This document shows positions 46,961 to 57,520 of a stretch of 64,000 bases of DNA, in pieces. The notes beneath the pieces were generated by a model, which saw nothing but the letters and a program-made list of their open reading frames with translations, was not told where the DNA came from and did not search any database. The DNA lies in NCBI GenBank assembly GCA_002731825.1, contig PCCS01000017.1, positions 52,434 through 116,433 of the forward strand, in the 5' to 3' direction. Made by a program: the position numbers and the translations under genes. Source of the DNA: Myxococcales bacterium. Lineage in GTDB: Bacteria; Myxococcota_A; Bradymonadia; UBA7976; UBA1532. Positions within the stretch are counted from its first letter, which is position 1. Each line of letters begins with the position of its first letter.

Positions 46961-49900
46961 ATGAGTCTTTTGTCGGGCTACACGAGCCTGCGTTATCTGA
47001 GCAGTAACTGCCTATCTATTATTTCGTTGGTCTTTGGGATATTTTTTTTCGGATGCAGTGAAGAAGAGATCGCCGGGGCGACTCGGGTCTGCCAATCAGA
47101 TCTTGACTGCAGAACAGGAACGACGTGCATCGGCACCGCCTGTATTCCCATCGAGAGAGTTGATGAAGACGGAGACGGCATCCCCGACCATATCGAAGAG
47201 GAACTCGGCACCGATCGCCGACAGCGTGATTCAGATGGTGATGGCGTGCCCGACAATGAAGAGCTGCAATACGATCCGATGAATCGGAGTTGGGCAGCAC
47301 CAGATGGCGATGAAGATGGGGTTCCTGATGCACTAGAACCAGACGATCGCGACCGCGATGACGACGGCGTGCCAGACGCGGTCGACCCATGTGATGACGA
47401 TCCAGACTGTCCGGTTGTCGGCGGCGCTCACCCACCGTGCCGAATGTTGGAAGACCAGCCATGCGCGGCTGGCATTGGCCAATGCGCTGTGGTTGGACGA
47501 ACTCAATGCTCAGAGGATGGTCAGGATGTCATTTGCATTGGCGAAGAAAATCAACCCGTCAATGAAATCTGCGATGGCCTTGACAACGATTGCGATGGTG
47601 AAGCCGATGAACTCTTTTTGGAGCTGGGCGACGAGTGTCCTATCGGGCTTGGTACCTGTGCTAGCATCGGACGGATCGTCTGCGACGATGACGGCCAAAC
47701 CGTTTGTGCAGGCACACCGCTCCCACCGACGTTGGAACTCTGTGATGGCCTGGATAATGATTGCGACGATGCGGTCGACGAGAGCTTCGACCAACTGGGA
47801 ACCCCATGTTTTGTTGGCCAGGGTGGATGCCTGATCGAAGGCATTACGGTCTGTGACTTAGAGACCGGAGAGACCAGCTGCAGCTACGAAGAGACACCTG
47901 AGACAGCCGAGCTCTGCGACGGGGTGGATAATGACTGCGACGGTAATATCGATGAGACTTTTCCAGACCTCGGGTCCGATTGCACACTGGGCCTCGGCAT
48001 CTGTGCACGGAGTGGCATTTTTCAGTGTTCTGCAAACGGACAGGACGCCCTCTGCGATTCCATTCCAGGACCACCAGCCGGAGAGCTCTGTGATGGGCTG
48101 GATAATGACTGTGATGGAGAGACAGACGAGGTATTTGGAGGCTTAGGGAGCCCATGTGCCATCGGCCGCGGCGCGTGTCGCCGAGACTCTATGACAGTGT
48201 GCGCAGAGGACGGCTCGGGGACCATATGTCCGGTTATCGCAGGGCAGCCAGAATTTGAGCAATGTGACCGATTAGATAACGATTGTGATGGTGAGGTCGA
48301 TGAAGACCTTGGGGCCGGCGAACCCTGTAGCGTCGGGGTCGGCGCCTGCATCCGGGTGGGCCAATCGGTCTGTAATCCAGATGCCAACGCCCTTGAATGC
48401 AATATTGAGCCTGCGCCGGCCATGGCCGAACGCTGTGATGCTTTGGACAACGACTGCGATGGCCAAACCGATGAAGATTTCGATGCTTTAGGGCGCTTTT
48501 GCGAGGTCGATCGAGATGGCTGTATCTTGCCTGGCGCTTGGCGCTGCAGCGAAGATGGTGCGGGGCGAGAGTGCATTGCGGATCCTGAACTCGTCTTGGA
48601 AGAGCGCTGTGACCAACGCGATAATGATTGCGATGGCCTCGTCGACGAAGAACTCGGCCTGGGCGAGGCATGTGTTGCTGGTGAAGGACTATGCGAGGCC
48701 AATGGACAAAGAGCATGCTCTGCCGATGGGTCTGTCTATTGCGAGGCCATCGGTCCCCCTGGAACACCAGAAGTGTGCGATGGCATAGACAACGATTGTG
48801 ATTTTAGAGCTGACGAAGATTTTGTCGATCTCGGGCTGGGTTCAGGCTGTACGACAGGGGTTGGTACATGCGCTGCCAACGGGGTACTCCAGTGCGATGA
48901 TGATGGAAATGGGCTGGTCTGCGTCGCCGAGTTAGGTCTGCCCAATCCAGAGGTGTGCGATGGGCTGGACAACGACTGCGACGGTGCCTTCGACGAGACG
49001 TTCTTAGACCTTGGCAGCGTCTGCGAAGTTGGTCTTGGAGCTTGCCGACGGGCCAGTCGACTCGTTTGTAGCGAAGATACGCTCGACCTGTCCTGCCCAG
49101 CAGTGCCGGGTGACGCGGCCGAGGAGATATGCAACGCATTTGACGATGATTGCGATGGCACTGTCGACGAGTCATTTGCGGGTTTAGGTGACGCCTGCTC
49201 AGCAGGGATTGGCGCGTGCCGAAATGACGGTATCATCCAATGCACCGAAGATGGCCGTGACGTTGCATGCAGTGTCTCTGCCGGTGACGCAACTCCGGAA
49301 ATTTGTGATCAGATAGATAATGATTGCGATGGGGAGGTTGATGAAGGTTTCGATGACCTCTGCAGACTGACAGCGCAAGCGATTAGCGCCGGTGGTTATG
49401 GAACCTGTGCAACCCTCAATGACGGGCAAGCAACGTGCTGGGGTAGTGTGCGACGGCGTCCTCCTGAAGTCGCATTGGTCAGTCTGAGTGCGGGTGGAGA
49501 TACCTACTGTGGACTTGATGCCGAAGGTCTGATCCGATGCTGGGGACAACCGGTCGATGTTCCCGGCGAGCTGGGTATCGTGCAAGACATCGCCGTCAGC
49601 GCCAATGCTCAGGTCTGTATTCTCAGAGCAATCGATAACCGGGTTCGTTGCTTTGGTCGCCCCCTACCCGACGATGTGCCCGCGCCCGATGTACCGCTTC
49701 AAAATCTAACGGCGGGCTTCGATTTTGCCTGCGCCATCAATCGGGTGGACCGACGGCCACAATGTTGGGGTACCGCGGATTTCGGTGTCTTGGACGTGCC
49801 CGATATGGAGATGACCATGATCGATTCCGGGTCCAGCGCGACGTGTGGATTGATTGATGGTGGTGCGATTCAATGCTGGGGTGAAGACATCGGTGGCCAA

Positions 49901-50185
49901 TTAGATCCCCCTGATGGCGAGTTCGTATCGTTATCAATGGGCGGCTATACGGGCTGCGCCATCAACCGAGAGGGAGATGCGCAATGCTGGGGCCTGGGCA
50001 GCGTTGAGGATGGGCGCCAATATGGTCAGGGGCTACCGCCGTTGGAACGCTATTCAACGGTGTCCATGGGCGCGGCTCACGGCTGCGGATTAACGGAGAC
50101 AAACGCCGTCATCTGTTGGGGGGCCGGTGGACCCGATGATGGCAATGCGTTTCCTCATTCGGGCCAGTCAACACTCCCACGCTGA
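46961..50185 (+). CDS. Lipoprotein with DxDGDG calcium-binding repeats, 11 MopE-type Cys repeats and an RCC1-like head
   Basis: FFGC lipobox-like motif, DEDGDG/DSDGDG, 11 copies of E-x-C-[DN]-x2-D-[ND]-DCD-x3-DE, and SAG...C....G...CWG blades. Confidence 0.85.
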   Translation: MSLLSGYTSLRYLSSNCLSIISLVFGIFFFGCSEEEIAGATRVCQSDLDCRTGTTCIGTACIPIERVDEDGDGIPDHIEEELGTDRRQRDSDGDGVPDNEELQYDPMNRSWAAPDGDEDGVPDALEPDDRDRDDDGVPDAVDPCDDDPDCPVVGGAHPPCRMLEDQPCAAGIGQCAVVGRTQCSEDGQDVICIGEENQPVNEICDGLDNDCDGEADELFLELGDECPIGLGTCASIGRIVCDDDGQTVCAGTPLPPTLELCDGLDNDCDDAVDESFDQLGTPCFVGQGGCLIEGITVCDLETGETSCSYEETPETAELCDGVDNDCDGNIDETFPDLGSDCTLGLGICARSGIFQCSANGQDALCDSIPGPPAGELCDGLDNDCDGETDEVFGGLGSPCAIGRGACRRDSMTVCAEDGSGTICPVIAGQPEFEQCDRLDNDCDGEVDEDLGAGEPCSVGVGACIRVGQSVCNPDANALECNIEPAPAMAERCDALDNDCDGQTDEDFDALGRFCEVDRDGCILPGAWRCSEDGAGRECIADPELVLEERCDQRDNDCDGLVDEELGLGEACVAGEGLCEANGQRACSADGSVYCEAIGPPGTPEVCDGIDNDCDFRADEDFVDLGLGSGCTTGVGTCAANGVLQCDDDGNGLVCVAELGLPNPEVCDGLDNDCDGAFDETFLDLGSVCEVGLGACRRASRLVCSEDTLDLSCPAVPGDAAEEICNAFDDDCDGTVDESFAGLGDACSAGIGACRNDGIIQCTEDGRDVACSVSAGDATPEICDQIDNDCDGEVDEGFDDLCRLTAQAISAGGYGTCATLNDGQATCWGSVRRRPPEVALVSLSAGGDTYCGLDAEGLIRCWGQPVDVPGELGIVQDIAVSANAQVCILRAIDNRVRCFGRPLPDDVPAPDVPLQNLTAGFDFACAINRVDRRPQCWGTADFGVLDVPDMEMTMIDSGSSATCGLIDGGAIQCWGEDIGGQLDPPDGEFVSLSMGGYTGCAINREGDAQCWGLGSVEDGRQYGQGLPPLERYSTVSMGAAHGCGLTETNAVICWGAGGPDDGNAFPHSGQSTLPR

Positions 50186-50194
50186 CCGGCGATA

Positions 50195-51208
50195 CTAATA
50201 GACGAACTCGATGCCACGTCGATAGAGGGCTGCGACGTCCATGGTCGTTGCGATCACCCAATGACTCATCGCACCAAGGAAAAATGATCGATGGTGCCAG
50301 GCCAGGACACCCAAAACCAAACCGGCTGCGACTGCACCGAGAGTCTCCGGTATGGGTTTTCCGAGATGCCCAAGTACATAGGGCATGATCATAAAAAAGA
50401 GACCATTTTTACCCAGCTCTTTGGTCGTCCCAAAAAGAATGAACCCACGCCAGAATGCCTCACCGCTAAAGTAAAAGGCAAAGGATGCAACCAGATACAC
50501 AACGAGCAATTGAACAGTAATGGTCCCATCGATGATACCGGGCTTACACCAAGGATACTTACGGAGAAACGCCGGCAGAGTCGATGCATAGAAGATCACG
50601 ACGAGCGCCATGGAAAGGGTTAAAAACGCATAAATCCACCAACCTCGCATCATGCCCGTGACACGATACCCAAAATCGCTGACCGCACGTTTGTAGACGA
50701 ACACGATCAACAAAACTGGAATAACAACGCGGGCGAGAATGCTTGTGGACACGAAAAAATAATAAGGTAACAAGCCTTTATGGCCGCCCCAGGATGGGTA
50801 GAAGTCGAACCAAAAACGAAAGCTTGTTCTCCGACCATAGAGCCAGAATAAAGACAAAATGAGCATTGAACCCACGATGGTGATGTGAGTCCGATACGAA
50901 ATCTGTCGAAGTCGCACGGCACAGAGAAAACGCAGTCCGAGGTAGAATAGACAGACGCCTACCCAAAAGAGCAGCACAACCAGTCTCGACTTATCCAAGC
51001 CCAAAGTCGCTAACCATCGACCCATATCTGTACTACGAATGGCATACCAACCAATGGATGCACCGACCGAGTAGACCGTCATCAAGCCAGCGAGAACAGG
51101 ACTGAAGCGAACGGGTGCGTCTTCGCCAAGACGACGCCAATGCAGACCCATATTGTTTAACAAATTGCCCATGGCCTGTTTTTGCATCGGCTTGGCCCCG
51201 AGAGTCAA
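50195..51208 (-). CDS. CPBP (CAAX protease/Abi) family intramembrane protease, start uncertain
   Basis: EAFWRG, HLGKP..E and a C-terminal His (SHW), with multiple TM segments. Confidence 0.78.
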   Translation of the reverse strand: MTLGAKPMQKQAMGNLLNNMGLHWRRLGEDAPVRFSPVLAGLMTVYSVGASIGWYAIRSTDMGRWLATLGLDKSRLVVLLFWVGVCLFYLGLRFLCAVRLRQISYRTHITIVGSMLILSLFWLYGRRTSFRFWFDFYPSWGGHKGLLPYYFFVSTSILARVVIPVLLIVFVYKRAVSDFGYRVTGMMRGWWIYAFLTLSMALVVIFYASTLPAFLRKYPWCKPGIIDGTITVQLLVVYLVASFAFYFSGEAFWRGFILFGTTKELGKNGLFFMIMPYVLGHLGKPIPETLGAVAAGLVLGVLAWHHRSFFLGAMSHWVIATTMDVAALYRRGIEFVY

Positions 51209-51322
51209 CGAGGCTTTGCGTTTAACCGAAAAATAGTTGCAGCAGAGCCTGCCTATAATTGGGGATTGTCAGAGACGCTCTCGGCGTTCATACTCCCCAA
51301 AACTGTGACTCGGGAGGCTCCG

Positions 51323-52723
51323 ATGACGCGACTTCGGATCAAGACTATTCTCAGCGGCCAAATCGACCTAGATAGGTCAATCACCATCGAGGGCTGGGTT
51401 CGAACCCGCCGAGATTCAAAGGCAGGCATTTCGTTCCTGCAAATCCATGATGGGTCGTGTTTCGCTGCTCTCCAAGTGGTCGCAGGGACAGAGTTGTCAA
51501 ACTATGAGGACGAAGTGATGAAGCTCTCAGCGGGCTGCTCAGTAAGGATAAGAGGCCAGCTCATAGAATCCCAAGGTAAAGGTCAATCATACGAAGTGGT
51601 GGCGGACCTGGTCGAGGTCATTGGTTGGGTCGAAAACCCTGAGACCTACCCGCTTCAACCCAAACGACACTCCATGGAGCACTTGCGCGCAGTCGCCCAT
51701 TTAAGACCTCGGACCAATCTCATTGGCGCTGTGACCCGAGTTCGCCATTGTCTGTCCCAAGCGGTCCATCGATTCTTTCACGAGCATGGGTTCTACTGGA
51801 TTCACACGCCCATCATCACCGGTGCCGACTGTGAAGGTGCAGGCGAACAATTCCGTGTTTCTACGCTCGACTTGGCGAATCTGCCTCGAACGGACAAGGG
51901 CGCTGTGGATTTCTCGAAGGACTATTTTGGTCGTGAGACCCATTTAACGGTGTCTGGACAGCTCAATGTGGAATCGTACTGTCTGGCCATGACCGATGTC
52001 TACACGTTTGGACCGACATTCAGGGCAGAAAACTCCAACACCAGACGACATCTCTCGGAATTTTGGATGATCGAGCCTGAGATCGCATTTGCCGATCTGG
52101 ACGCAGACGTTGAGCTAGCAGAAGAGTTTCTTAAGTACATCTTCAGCGCCGTACTCGAGGAACGAGCTGACGACCTTGAGTTTTTCGAAAAGCGGGTCGA
52201 TAAAACTTGCATAGACAGACTCCGTTCAGTCGTCGATTCAGATTTTGCTCGCCTGGATTATACTGAGGCTATCAAGATTCTTGAATCAACATCCGCGTCG
52301 TTTGAATACCCGGTAAAATGGGGTATGGACCTCCAAGCTGAGCATGAGCGCTATTTATCAGAGACGCATGTAGGCGGTCCCCTAGCCGTCGTCAATTATC
52401 CGAAGGACATCAAGGCCTTCTACATGAGGCTGAACGATGATGGTCAAACGGTTGCTGCGATGGATGTCCTGGCACCCGGTATAGGTGAGATTATCGGCGG
52501 GAGTCAGCGCGAAGAACGCTTAGACGTACTCGATGCCCGAATTGCGCAAACAGGCATGCCCATCGAAGACTACTGGTGGTATCGGGACCTGAGGAAATAT
52601 GGAACGGTCCCTCATGCTGGCTTTGGACTCGGATTCGAGCGGGCCATTCAATACGCGACGGGTGTCGACAACATACGAGATGTTATTCCATTCCCACGCA
52701 CGCCCCGAAATGCTGCCTTCTAG
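51323..52723 (+). CDS. asnS: Asparaginyl-tRNA synthetase
   Basis: [43 protein letters not shown] and [16 protein letters not shown]. Confidence 0.97.
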   Translation: MTRLRIKTILSGQIDLDRSITIEGWVRTRRDSKAGISFLQIHDGSCFAALQVVAGTELSNYEDEVMKLSAGCSVRIRGQLIESQGKGQSYEVVADLVEVIGWVENPETYPLQPKRHSMEHLRAVAHLRPRTNLIGAVTRVRHCLSQAVHRFFHEHGFYWIHTPIITGADCEGAGEQFRVSTLDLANLPRTDKGAVDFSKDYFGRETHLTVSGQLNVESYCLAMTDVYTFGPTFRAENSNTRRHLSEFWMIEPEIAFADLDADVELAEEFLKYIFSAVLEERADDLEFFEKRVDKTCIDRLRSVVDSDFARLDYTEAIKILESTSASFEYPVKWGMDLQAEHERYLSETHVGGPLAVVNYPKDIKAFYMRLNDDGQTVAAMDVLAPGIGEIIGGSQREERLDVLDARIAQTGMPIEDYWWYRDLRKYGTVPHAGFGLGFERAIQYATGVDNIRDVIPFPRTPRNAAF

Positions 52724-52770
52724 AAAGACAATCGAGCGGATTGTCTGTCACATTGATGTCTCAAAACCCG

Positions 52771-53259
52771 CTACTTATTTGGTTTCTTGCGGGCGGTCCC
52801 GCGCATGCCGATGGCGTCGCCACCGCCCGATAGACTCCCCAATTTGCTCAGAAAGTCACTGGCTGCATCGGAGACATCACGGGTCCTCTTTTCAGTGGCT
52901 GCTTTTCTTTCGGCCGAGGGCGCAGGACGGTCACTGTCCCGATTATTTGTACCCGTCGATGGACGCCTGGATTGACGGTAGTCAGCCCGCGCCACATCAC
53001 GGGCAAAGGTCCCGGCATCTATGGCTCGCTGAATTCGTTCCCAATACTGTTCGAGCGTGACCAATCGTTGTATCAAATTACGATGTTTAAACTTATCAAC
53101 AGCATTATTTTGGGGCGTATAACGCCGAATATCTCGACTGACTTGCGCCCGCATAGCCAGTGGGGGCCGCTTTTCAAGTCCGAGAAAAAAACGCTCATAT
53201 TCGACTCTTAAAGACTCGAGTTGTTTATGCAGTCGACCGATTGCTTCGACCATTTTCAT
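52771..53259 (-). CDS. Hypothetical helical protein resembling a conserved myxobacterial family
   Basis: LRVEYERFFLGLEKRPP...YWERIQRAIDAGTF. Family similarity is from recall and was not searched. Confidence 0.65.
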   Translation of the reverse strand: MKMVEAIGRLHKQLESLRVEYERFFLGLEKRPPLAMRAQVSRDIRRYTPQNNAVDKFKHRNLIQRLVTLEQYWERIQRAIDAGTFARDVARADYRQSRRPSTGTNNRDSDRPAPSAERKAATEKRTRDVSDAASDFLSKLGSLSGGGDAIGMRGTARKKPNK

Positions 53260-53384
53260 CCTCGCGTATCTGGCAAAAGACCAGCCTCAGAGTATCGTGA
53301 CGCTGCGCTGCATACAATCCCCTGTTCTTGACGACCTATAGCCCGGGTGCTAGCCTCTCCGGGGCTGCAAAATACGAGATCATC

Positions 53385-54644
53385 ATGTTTAATTTTCAAT
53401 GTCTCCGACGACTCTTAAGTTCGATCGGTTTGGCCGCGGTCATGGTCGGCTGCTCAATCGATGGAGAAACCCTCTCCACGTGGTCGAGAGTACCCAACGG
53501 GCATCAGCGTTTAAGTGCCTATTTGGCCGATACAAATCGTCCAGAAGAACTTCGAATACACGCTGCACTGGTCCTGTTAGACTCCGACCGAGTCGCCGAA
53601 CTTGTCTATGTCATTCGGAATACATCACCCAGAGACCGTCGACGACTGGTACAGGCACTGGCCAACATTATTGTCCAATACATCGACAAAGAAGACGACC
53701 CCATGAAAATGCGGGCCGCCAGCTTTGCCTATTACTTATTCCAGTTCTCCGGCGAACTCAGGGGTCAAAACTACAATGAACCACAAGACAAAGTCTTAGT
53801 TGAACGGGTCGTCGGTTGGCTTCTTGAACGGCTGAAAATCTACGACAGTTTGCCTAAGGGGTTACAACCACCCGAGGAAATCTTACTGGCCGCAGCTCAT
53901 GCTCACCCGACCCTCACGCTACCCATGATCTACAACTATTTAGAGAACCCACCCGATCTGAAGAGATTTCTCATTGTAAATCGGGTTTTGACCAAGATCC
54001 CGTCGAAGGATGTCCGTCAAAAACAGGCCCGCCTTCTGCTCAAGTATGCCAAGACCTTGTACCCGAATATCGGCCCTGAGCTGGCCATCGTCATGTCGAA
54101 AAATCAAAACGAAACGCTGCTGCGGTTCTTACTCGATTCAGTCAGGGATTATCGCGTCCCGAGCACAACCCGACTGGTGGGCCTGAAGGCGACAGAATTA
54201 CTGAAAGAAAAAGCGCTTCCCGGGCTCATGCAAGTTCTGCGAACAGATGATCCTAAAAACGATAATCTCAACCGACTCAATGCGCTGGACCTCATCTGGA
54301 ATATCGGTGGCGTCAACACTCTGGCCGCGGCACTCGAAGCGCTCCCCGCAACTGGAACATGGTGGCCAAATGGCATGGAGTTCAAAGCGCAAGTTGATGA
54401 GTTTTGCGACAGTAAGCTGAAACCGGCTGCCGATGCAGTCAGGCCCATTCTACTTTCGTTGATCGACCATGCAAACTGGGTGACCAACGTCTATGCAATG
54501 GAATGCGTCGTCCGCCTCTATGCCGATGCCTCAGACCTTCTCGAGCCACTTGCAAGTGACCCACAGGTCTTAAAAGGGTGGGCCGAAGACGGTGAGATTA
54601 CCGTGGGAGACTACGTAAAATCTCTGGCGGCGCAACAACCTTAG
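53385..54644 (+). CDS. Alpha-helical (HEAT-like) lipoprotein
   Basis: Signal MFNFQCLRRLLSSIGLAAVMVGC followed by a Leu/Ala-rich helical body. Confidence 0.7.
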   Translation: MFNFQCLRRLLSSIGLAAVMVGCSIDGETLSTWSRVPNGHQRLSAYLADTNRPEELRIHAALVLLDSDRVAELVYVIRNTSPRDRRRLVQALANIIVQYIDKEDDPMKMRAASFAYYLFQFSGELRGQNYNEPQDKVLVERVVGWLLERLKIYDSLPKGLQPPEEILLAAAHAHPTLTLPMIYNYLENPPDLKRFLIVNRVLTKIPSKDVRQKQARLLLKYAKTLYPNIGPELAIVMSKNQNETLLRFLLDSVRDYRVPSTTRLVGLKATELLKEKALPGLMQVLRTDDPKNDNLNRLNALDLIWNIGGVNTLAAALEALPATGTWWPNGMEFKAQVDEFCDSKLKPAADAVRPILLSLIDHANWVTNVYAMECVVRLYADASDLLEPLASDPQVLKGWAEDGEITVGDYVKSLAAQQP

Positions 54645-54660
54645 CGGAGTCCCACGAAGC

Positions 54661-56484
54661 ATGGACGTTTGGTGGAGCATCATCGCATTGCTTGGATTGT
54701 TTGCCCTCGCGCTGCTCGTGAGTCGGACTTATGATGCAGGACAAATTGACGATGAACTCGTCGATGTGCAACCCGACCGAATCAGGGGCTTGTTGGTTCA
54801 ATTGAGGCTAGAGTCCCAACGACAGCAGCGCTTGCTCAATCAAATTCTCGCCCTGGGTCCCGATATTGTACCGGCCGTGATTAAGGAACTGCGAACGGTT
54901 CGCGCCAATGAAGACCCGTCATCGGCTCACTATCTGGCCTCTTTAGAGACCTTACTCAGTGATTTCGGCCTGGTCGCTGTTCCACCAATCTGTCACGAAT
55001 TAGGTCGTTTGCCCCTCGGGTCTCCCGTCATCGGACACTTGACGAGAGCATTACATCGCATCGGACCGACGGCCATTCGGTCGGTGCTGACCGCCGCTGC
55101 GCGTAGTCCGTCACCGGCCCCGCACCTACTGAGTGTACTGAATCGCTGGCCCGATGAGTCGATTCACTCTGCATTTCGTCGCATGCCAGCCAGCGATTCG
55201 AAGGCCTTGATGACGCTACTGGCCCCCATTTACATGGGGCAGAATACCCACCTCATTTCGCTCTGGGAAGCGGCGTGTATTGATAAGCGGACGGACATCA
55301 TAAACTGGGCTACAGATTGGCAAGCAGCAAACCTGGACCAACTCATTGAACGCGCTCTGGTCAGCCATGACAGCGGCTTACGATATAGCGCGACCCGAGC
55401 GGCTCGGCTCACTCACAGCCAGAAAATCATCGATACCTTAGTCTCGGCCTGGAACGGAGCTGAGACCGAGCAGCAGAATTTTATTGAGGCTTTGGTCTCT
55501 CAAGGGGCGAGGGCAGAAGTCGAAGAACTGGTTGGGTCCGGTTTGATTAAGAGTGCAGACTCTCTTTCAGACGCACTCTGTGCCTTGGTCACCAAAGCGG
55601 ATGCAGAGTTTTATTTCGAGACATCAAATATCGATCTATCCGATTCGCATTTACCTGATTTCCTCGCTCAGAGTGTGATGGTCAACCAGTGGGATATCGA
55701 TTCACTTTTTGGTCTTGTTGAGACCGGTGAAGACCCATTGATACGCTTTTATATCCACACTCTGTCACTTCGAGCGGCGACAACACCACGCGTTCGCGAG
55801 CGACTGATACGACTTGCAGAAACCGGCCACACCAAAGTCAAAACGTGGGCGATTCTCGCCCTGGCTAAAAACAATGATGAAATGGCATCAGATGTACTCA
55901 TCAAGGCCGTTCATTCCGGCGATGATGACACGGACTACCTGACTTTGCGAGAGGCGGCTCAATACATAGGTCCGTCGCTTAATGGCCCTTTGTTTCGACG
56001 TTTTTCTGAACATCGGGTTCACACTCGCCAGCAGATCTTGTGCATCGTCAGAAGTCTCACCGGAGGAGACAAGGTCGATTATTTATTACAGGCACTAGAA
56101 GATGTTCGCGACGAAAGTGGTCGCATCGAGCTCATTCAAACGGTGGCCGCCAGCGCCCGTGTCGGGCGCACGACCATCGAAGAGGCTCTCAAGCAACAAC
56201 GAAAGGGCTTAGTTGTGCCGGCATTGCGATTTCTCGCCGCCCATTGCCGAACCAGCGATGCCCCGCTCCTACTTCATGTATATGACAATCAACTCACGCT
56301 GCGGAACTTGGTCTTGAGCGTACTCGAATCCTTGGGGTCTGATGCAGTGGATGCCATGGAACAACATATTCAAGCGGGTGGGGATGATCTCGCCCTTGAA
56401 GCCTTAGAACGTCGTTTGCTCATTCTTGATCAATGCCTCAATTATTTCGGCTATGATGAGCAGGCAGACCATTCTATTGCTTAG
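54661..56484 (+). CDS. Membrane-anchored HEAT-repeat protein
   Basis: N-terminal TM helix and HEAT-like units (LGPDIVPAVIKEL, FGLVAVPPICHEL, IGPTAIRSVL, LGSDAVDAM). Confidence 0.7.
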   Translation: MDVWWSIIALLGLFALALLVSRTYDAGQIDDELVDVQPDRIRGLLVQLRLESQRQQRLLNQILALGPDIVPAVIKELRTVRANEDPSSAHYLASLETLLSDFGLVAVPPICHELGRLPLGSPVIGHLTRALHRIGPTAIRSVLTAAARSPSPAPHLLSVLNRWPDESIHSAFRRMPASDSKALMTLLAPIYMGQNTHLISLWEAACIDKRTDIINWATDWQAANLDQLIERALVSHDSGLRYSATRAARLTHSQKIIDTLVSAWNGAETEQQNFIEALVSQGARAEVEELVGSGLIKSADSLSDALCALVTKADAEFYFETSNIDLSDSHLPDFLAQSVMVNQWDIDSLFGLVETGEDPLIRFYIHTLSLRAATTPRVRERLIRLAETGHTKVKTWAILALAKNNDEMASDVLIKAVHSGDDDTDYLTLREAAQYIGPSLNGPLFRRFSEHRVHTRQQILCIVRSLTGGDKVDYLLQALEDVRDESGRIELIQTVAASARVGRTTIEEALKQQRKGLVVPALRFLAAHCRTSDAPLLLHVYDNQLTLRNLVLSVLESLGSDAVDAMEQHIQAGGDDLALEALERRLLILDQCLNYFGYDEQADHSIA

Positions 56485-56558
56485 ATGGACAAGGCGAAAC
56501 ACCATGAGAAAGCCATCTTGTATGAATGCTTTTCTAAGTTCTTTTTGTGGAGCTTGAT

Positions 56559-57485
56559 ATGAATAAAATGAGCGCGGCCGATATCGATGCAGCCCACGCC
56601 CGTATCCTAAAATGGATTCGGATTACTCCGGTTATACGCATGCAAGGTCCGGGTGCCAGACCAGTTGTATTGAAGTTGGAAGGCTTACAACGGTCAGGCT
56701 CCTTTAAACTGCGAGGTGCGCTAAATAAATTGCTGGTCTTGGGTTCGAAGGCCCATGCGGGTGTCGTCACAGCAAGCGGGGGCAATCATGGCCTGGGCGT
56801 ATCGTGGGCTGGTTGGCTCTTGGACGTTAAAGTACACGTCTTTGTCCCAGGAAATACCCCGACATTCAAAATCGACGCGCTGGAACGAGGCAATGCTATC
56901 GTTCGAAAGGTCGATGGTAATTATGCGGATGCAGAGCGGGAAGCCAGACGCGCTGCAGAAGAACATGGCCTACCCTACATTCACGCCTATGACGATCCGG
57001 ACGTGATCGCGGGACAGGGGACGCTGATCCGAGAGTTCCTCAGCCAGGCACCCGAAATTGGCACGACCGTCGTGGCCATCGGTGGCGGTGGGCTTGCATC
57101 GGGCGCATCCCTCGCTGCAGATGGACGGCGCATCGTCGGCGTTGAACCCATTGGGGCTGCGACAATGCATGCCGCCTTTGAAGCAGGCGGTCCCGTCCAT
57201 ATAGGACACATTAATTCCATAGCCGCTGATTCGCTGGGCGCAGCGATGGCCGGAGGATACACCTATGACATTTGTTCGCGAGGCATTGACCGAGTCGAGC
57301 TGGTCAGCGACTCCTCCCTCATAAAGGCTCAAAAATGGCTTTGGGACCACCTTAGGTTTGTATCGGAATTGGGTGCGGCCGCCGGCTTAGCGGCCTTGAC
57401 CAATGGCATTTTAGACCAAGACCCCGGACCCATTGGAATCGTGGTTTGTGGCTCTAATGTACACCCTAAGAAATTTATCAGCTGA
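56559..57485 (+). CDS. PLP-dependent serine/threonine dehydratase
   Basis: KLEGLQRSGSFKLRG, SGGNHG, IAGQGT, GGGGL and ADSLGA motifs. Confidence 0.9.
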   Translation: MNKMSAADIDAAHARILKWIRITPVIRMQGPGARPVVLKLEGLQRSGSFKLRGALNKLLVLGSKAHAGVVTASGGNHGLGVSWAGWLLDVKVHVFVPGNTPTFKIDALERGNAIVRKVDGNYADAEREARRAAEEHGLPYIHAYDDPDVIAGQGTLIREFLSQAPEIGTTVVAIGGGGLASGASLAADGRRIVGVEPIGAATMHAAFEAGGPVHIGHINSIAADSLGAAMAGGYTYDICSRGIDRVELVSDSSLIKAQKWLWDHLRFVSELGAAAGLAALTNGILDQDPGPIGIVVCGSNVHPKKFIS

Positions 57486-57520
57486 CCGGCCCTTTGATAC
57501 GGGGGTCCCAAGGCACTAGG

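Noticed and set aside
47560-49350. Regularly spaced GAYAAYGAYTGYGAYGG-like nucleotide repeats considered as a CRISPR array or DGR-type repeat
   Set aside because: The copies differ at synonymous positions and lie in frame within a protein. No cas or reverse-transcriptase gene is present.
47510-49585. Several repetitive minus-strand ORFs (PSQSLS..., AIVV...)
   Set aside because: Mirror translations of the D-N-D-C-D repeats. The same pattern occurs on the opposite strand at 58974-60706.
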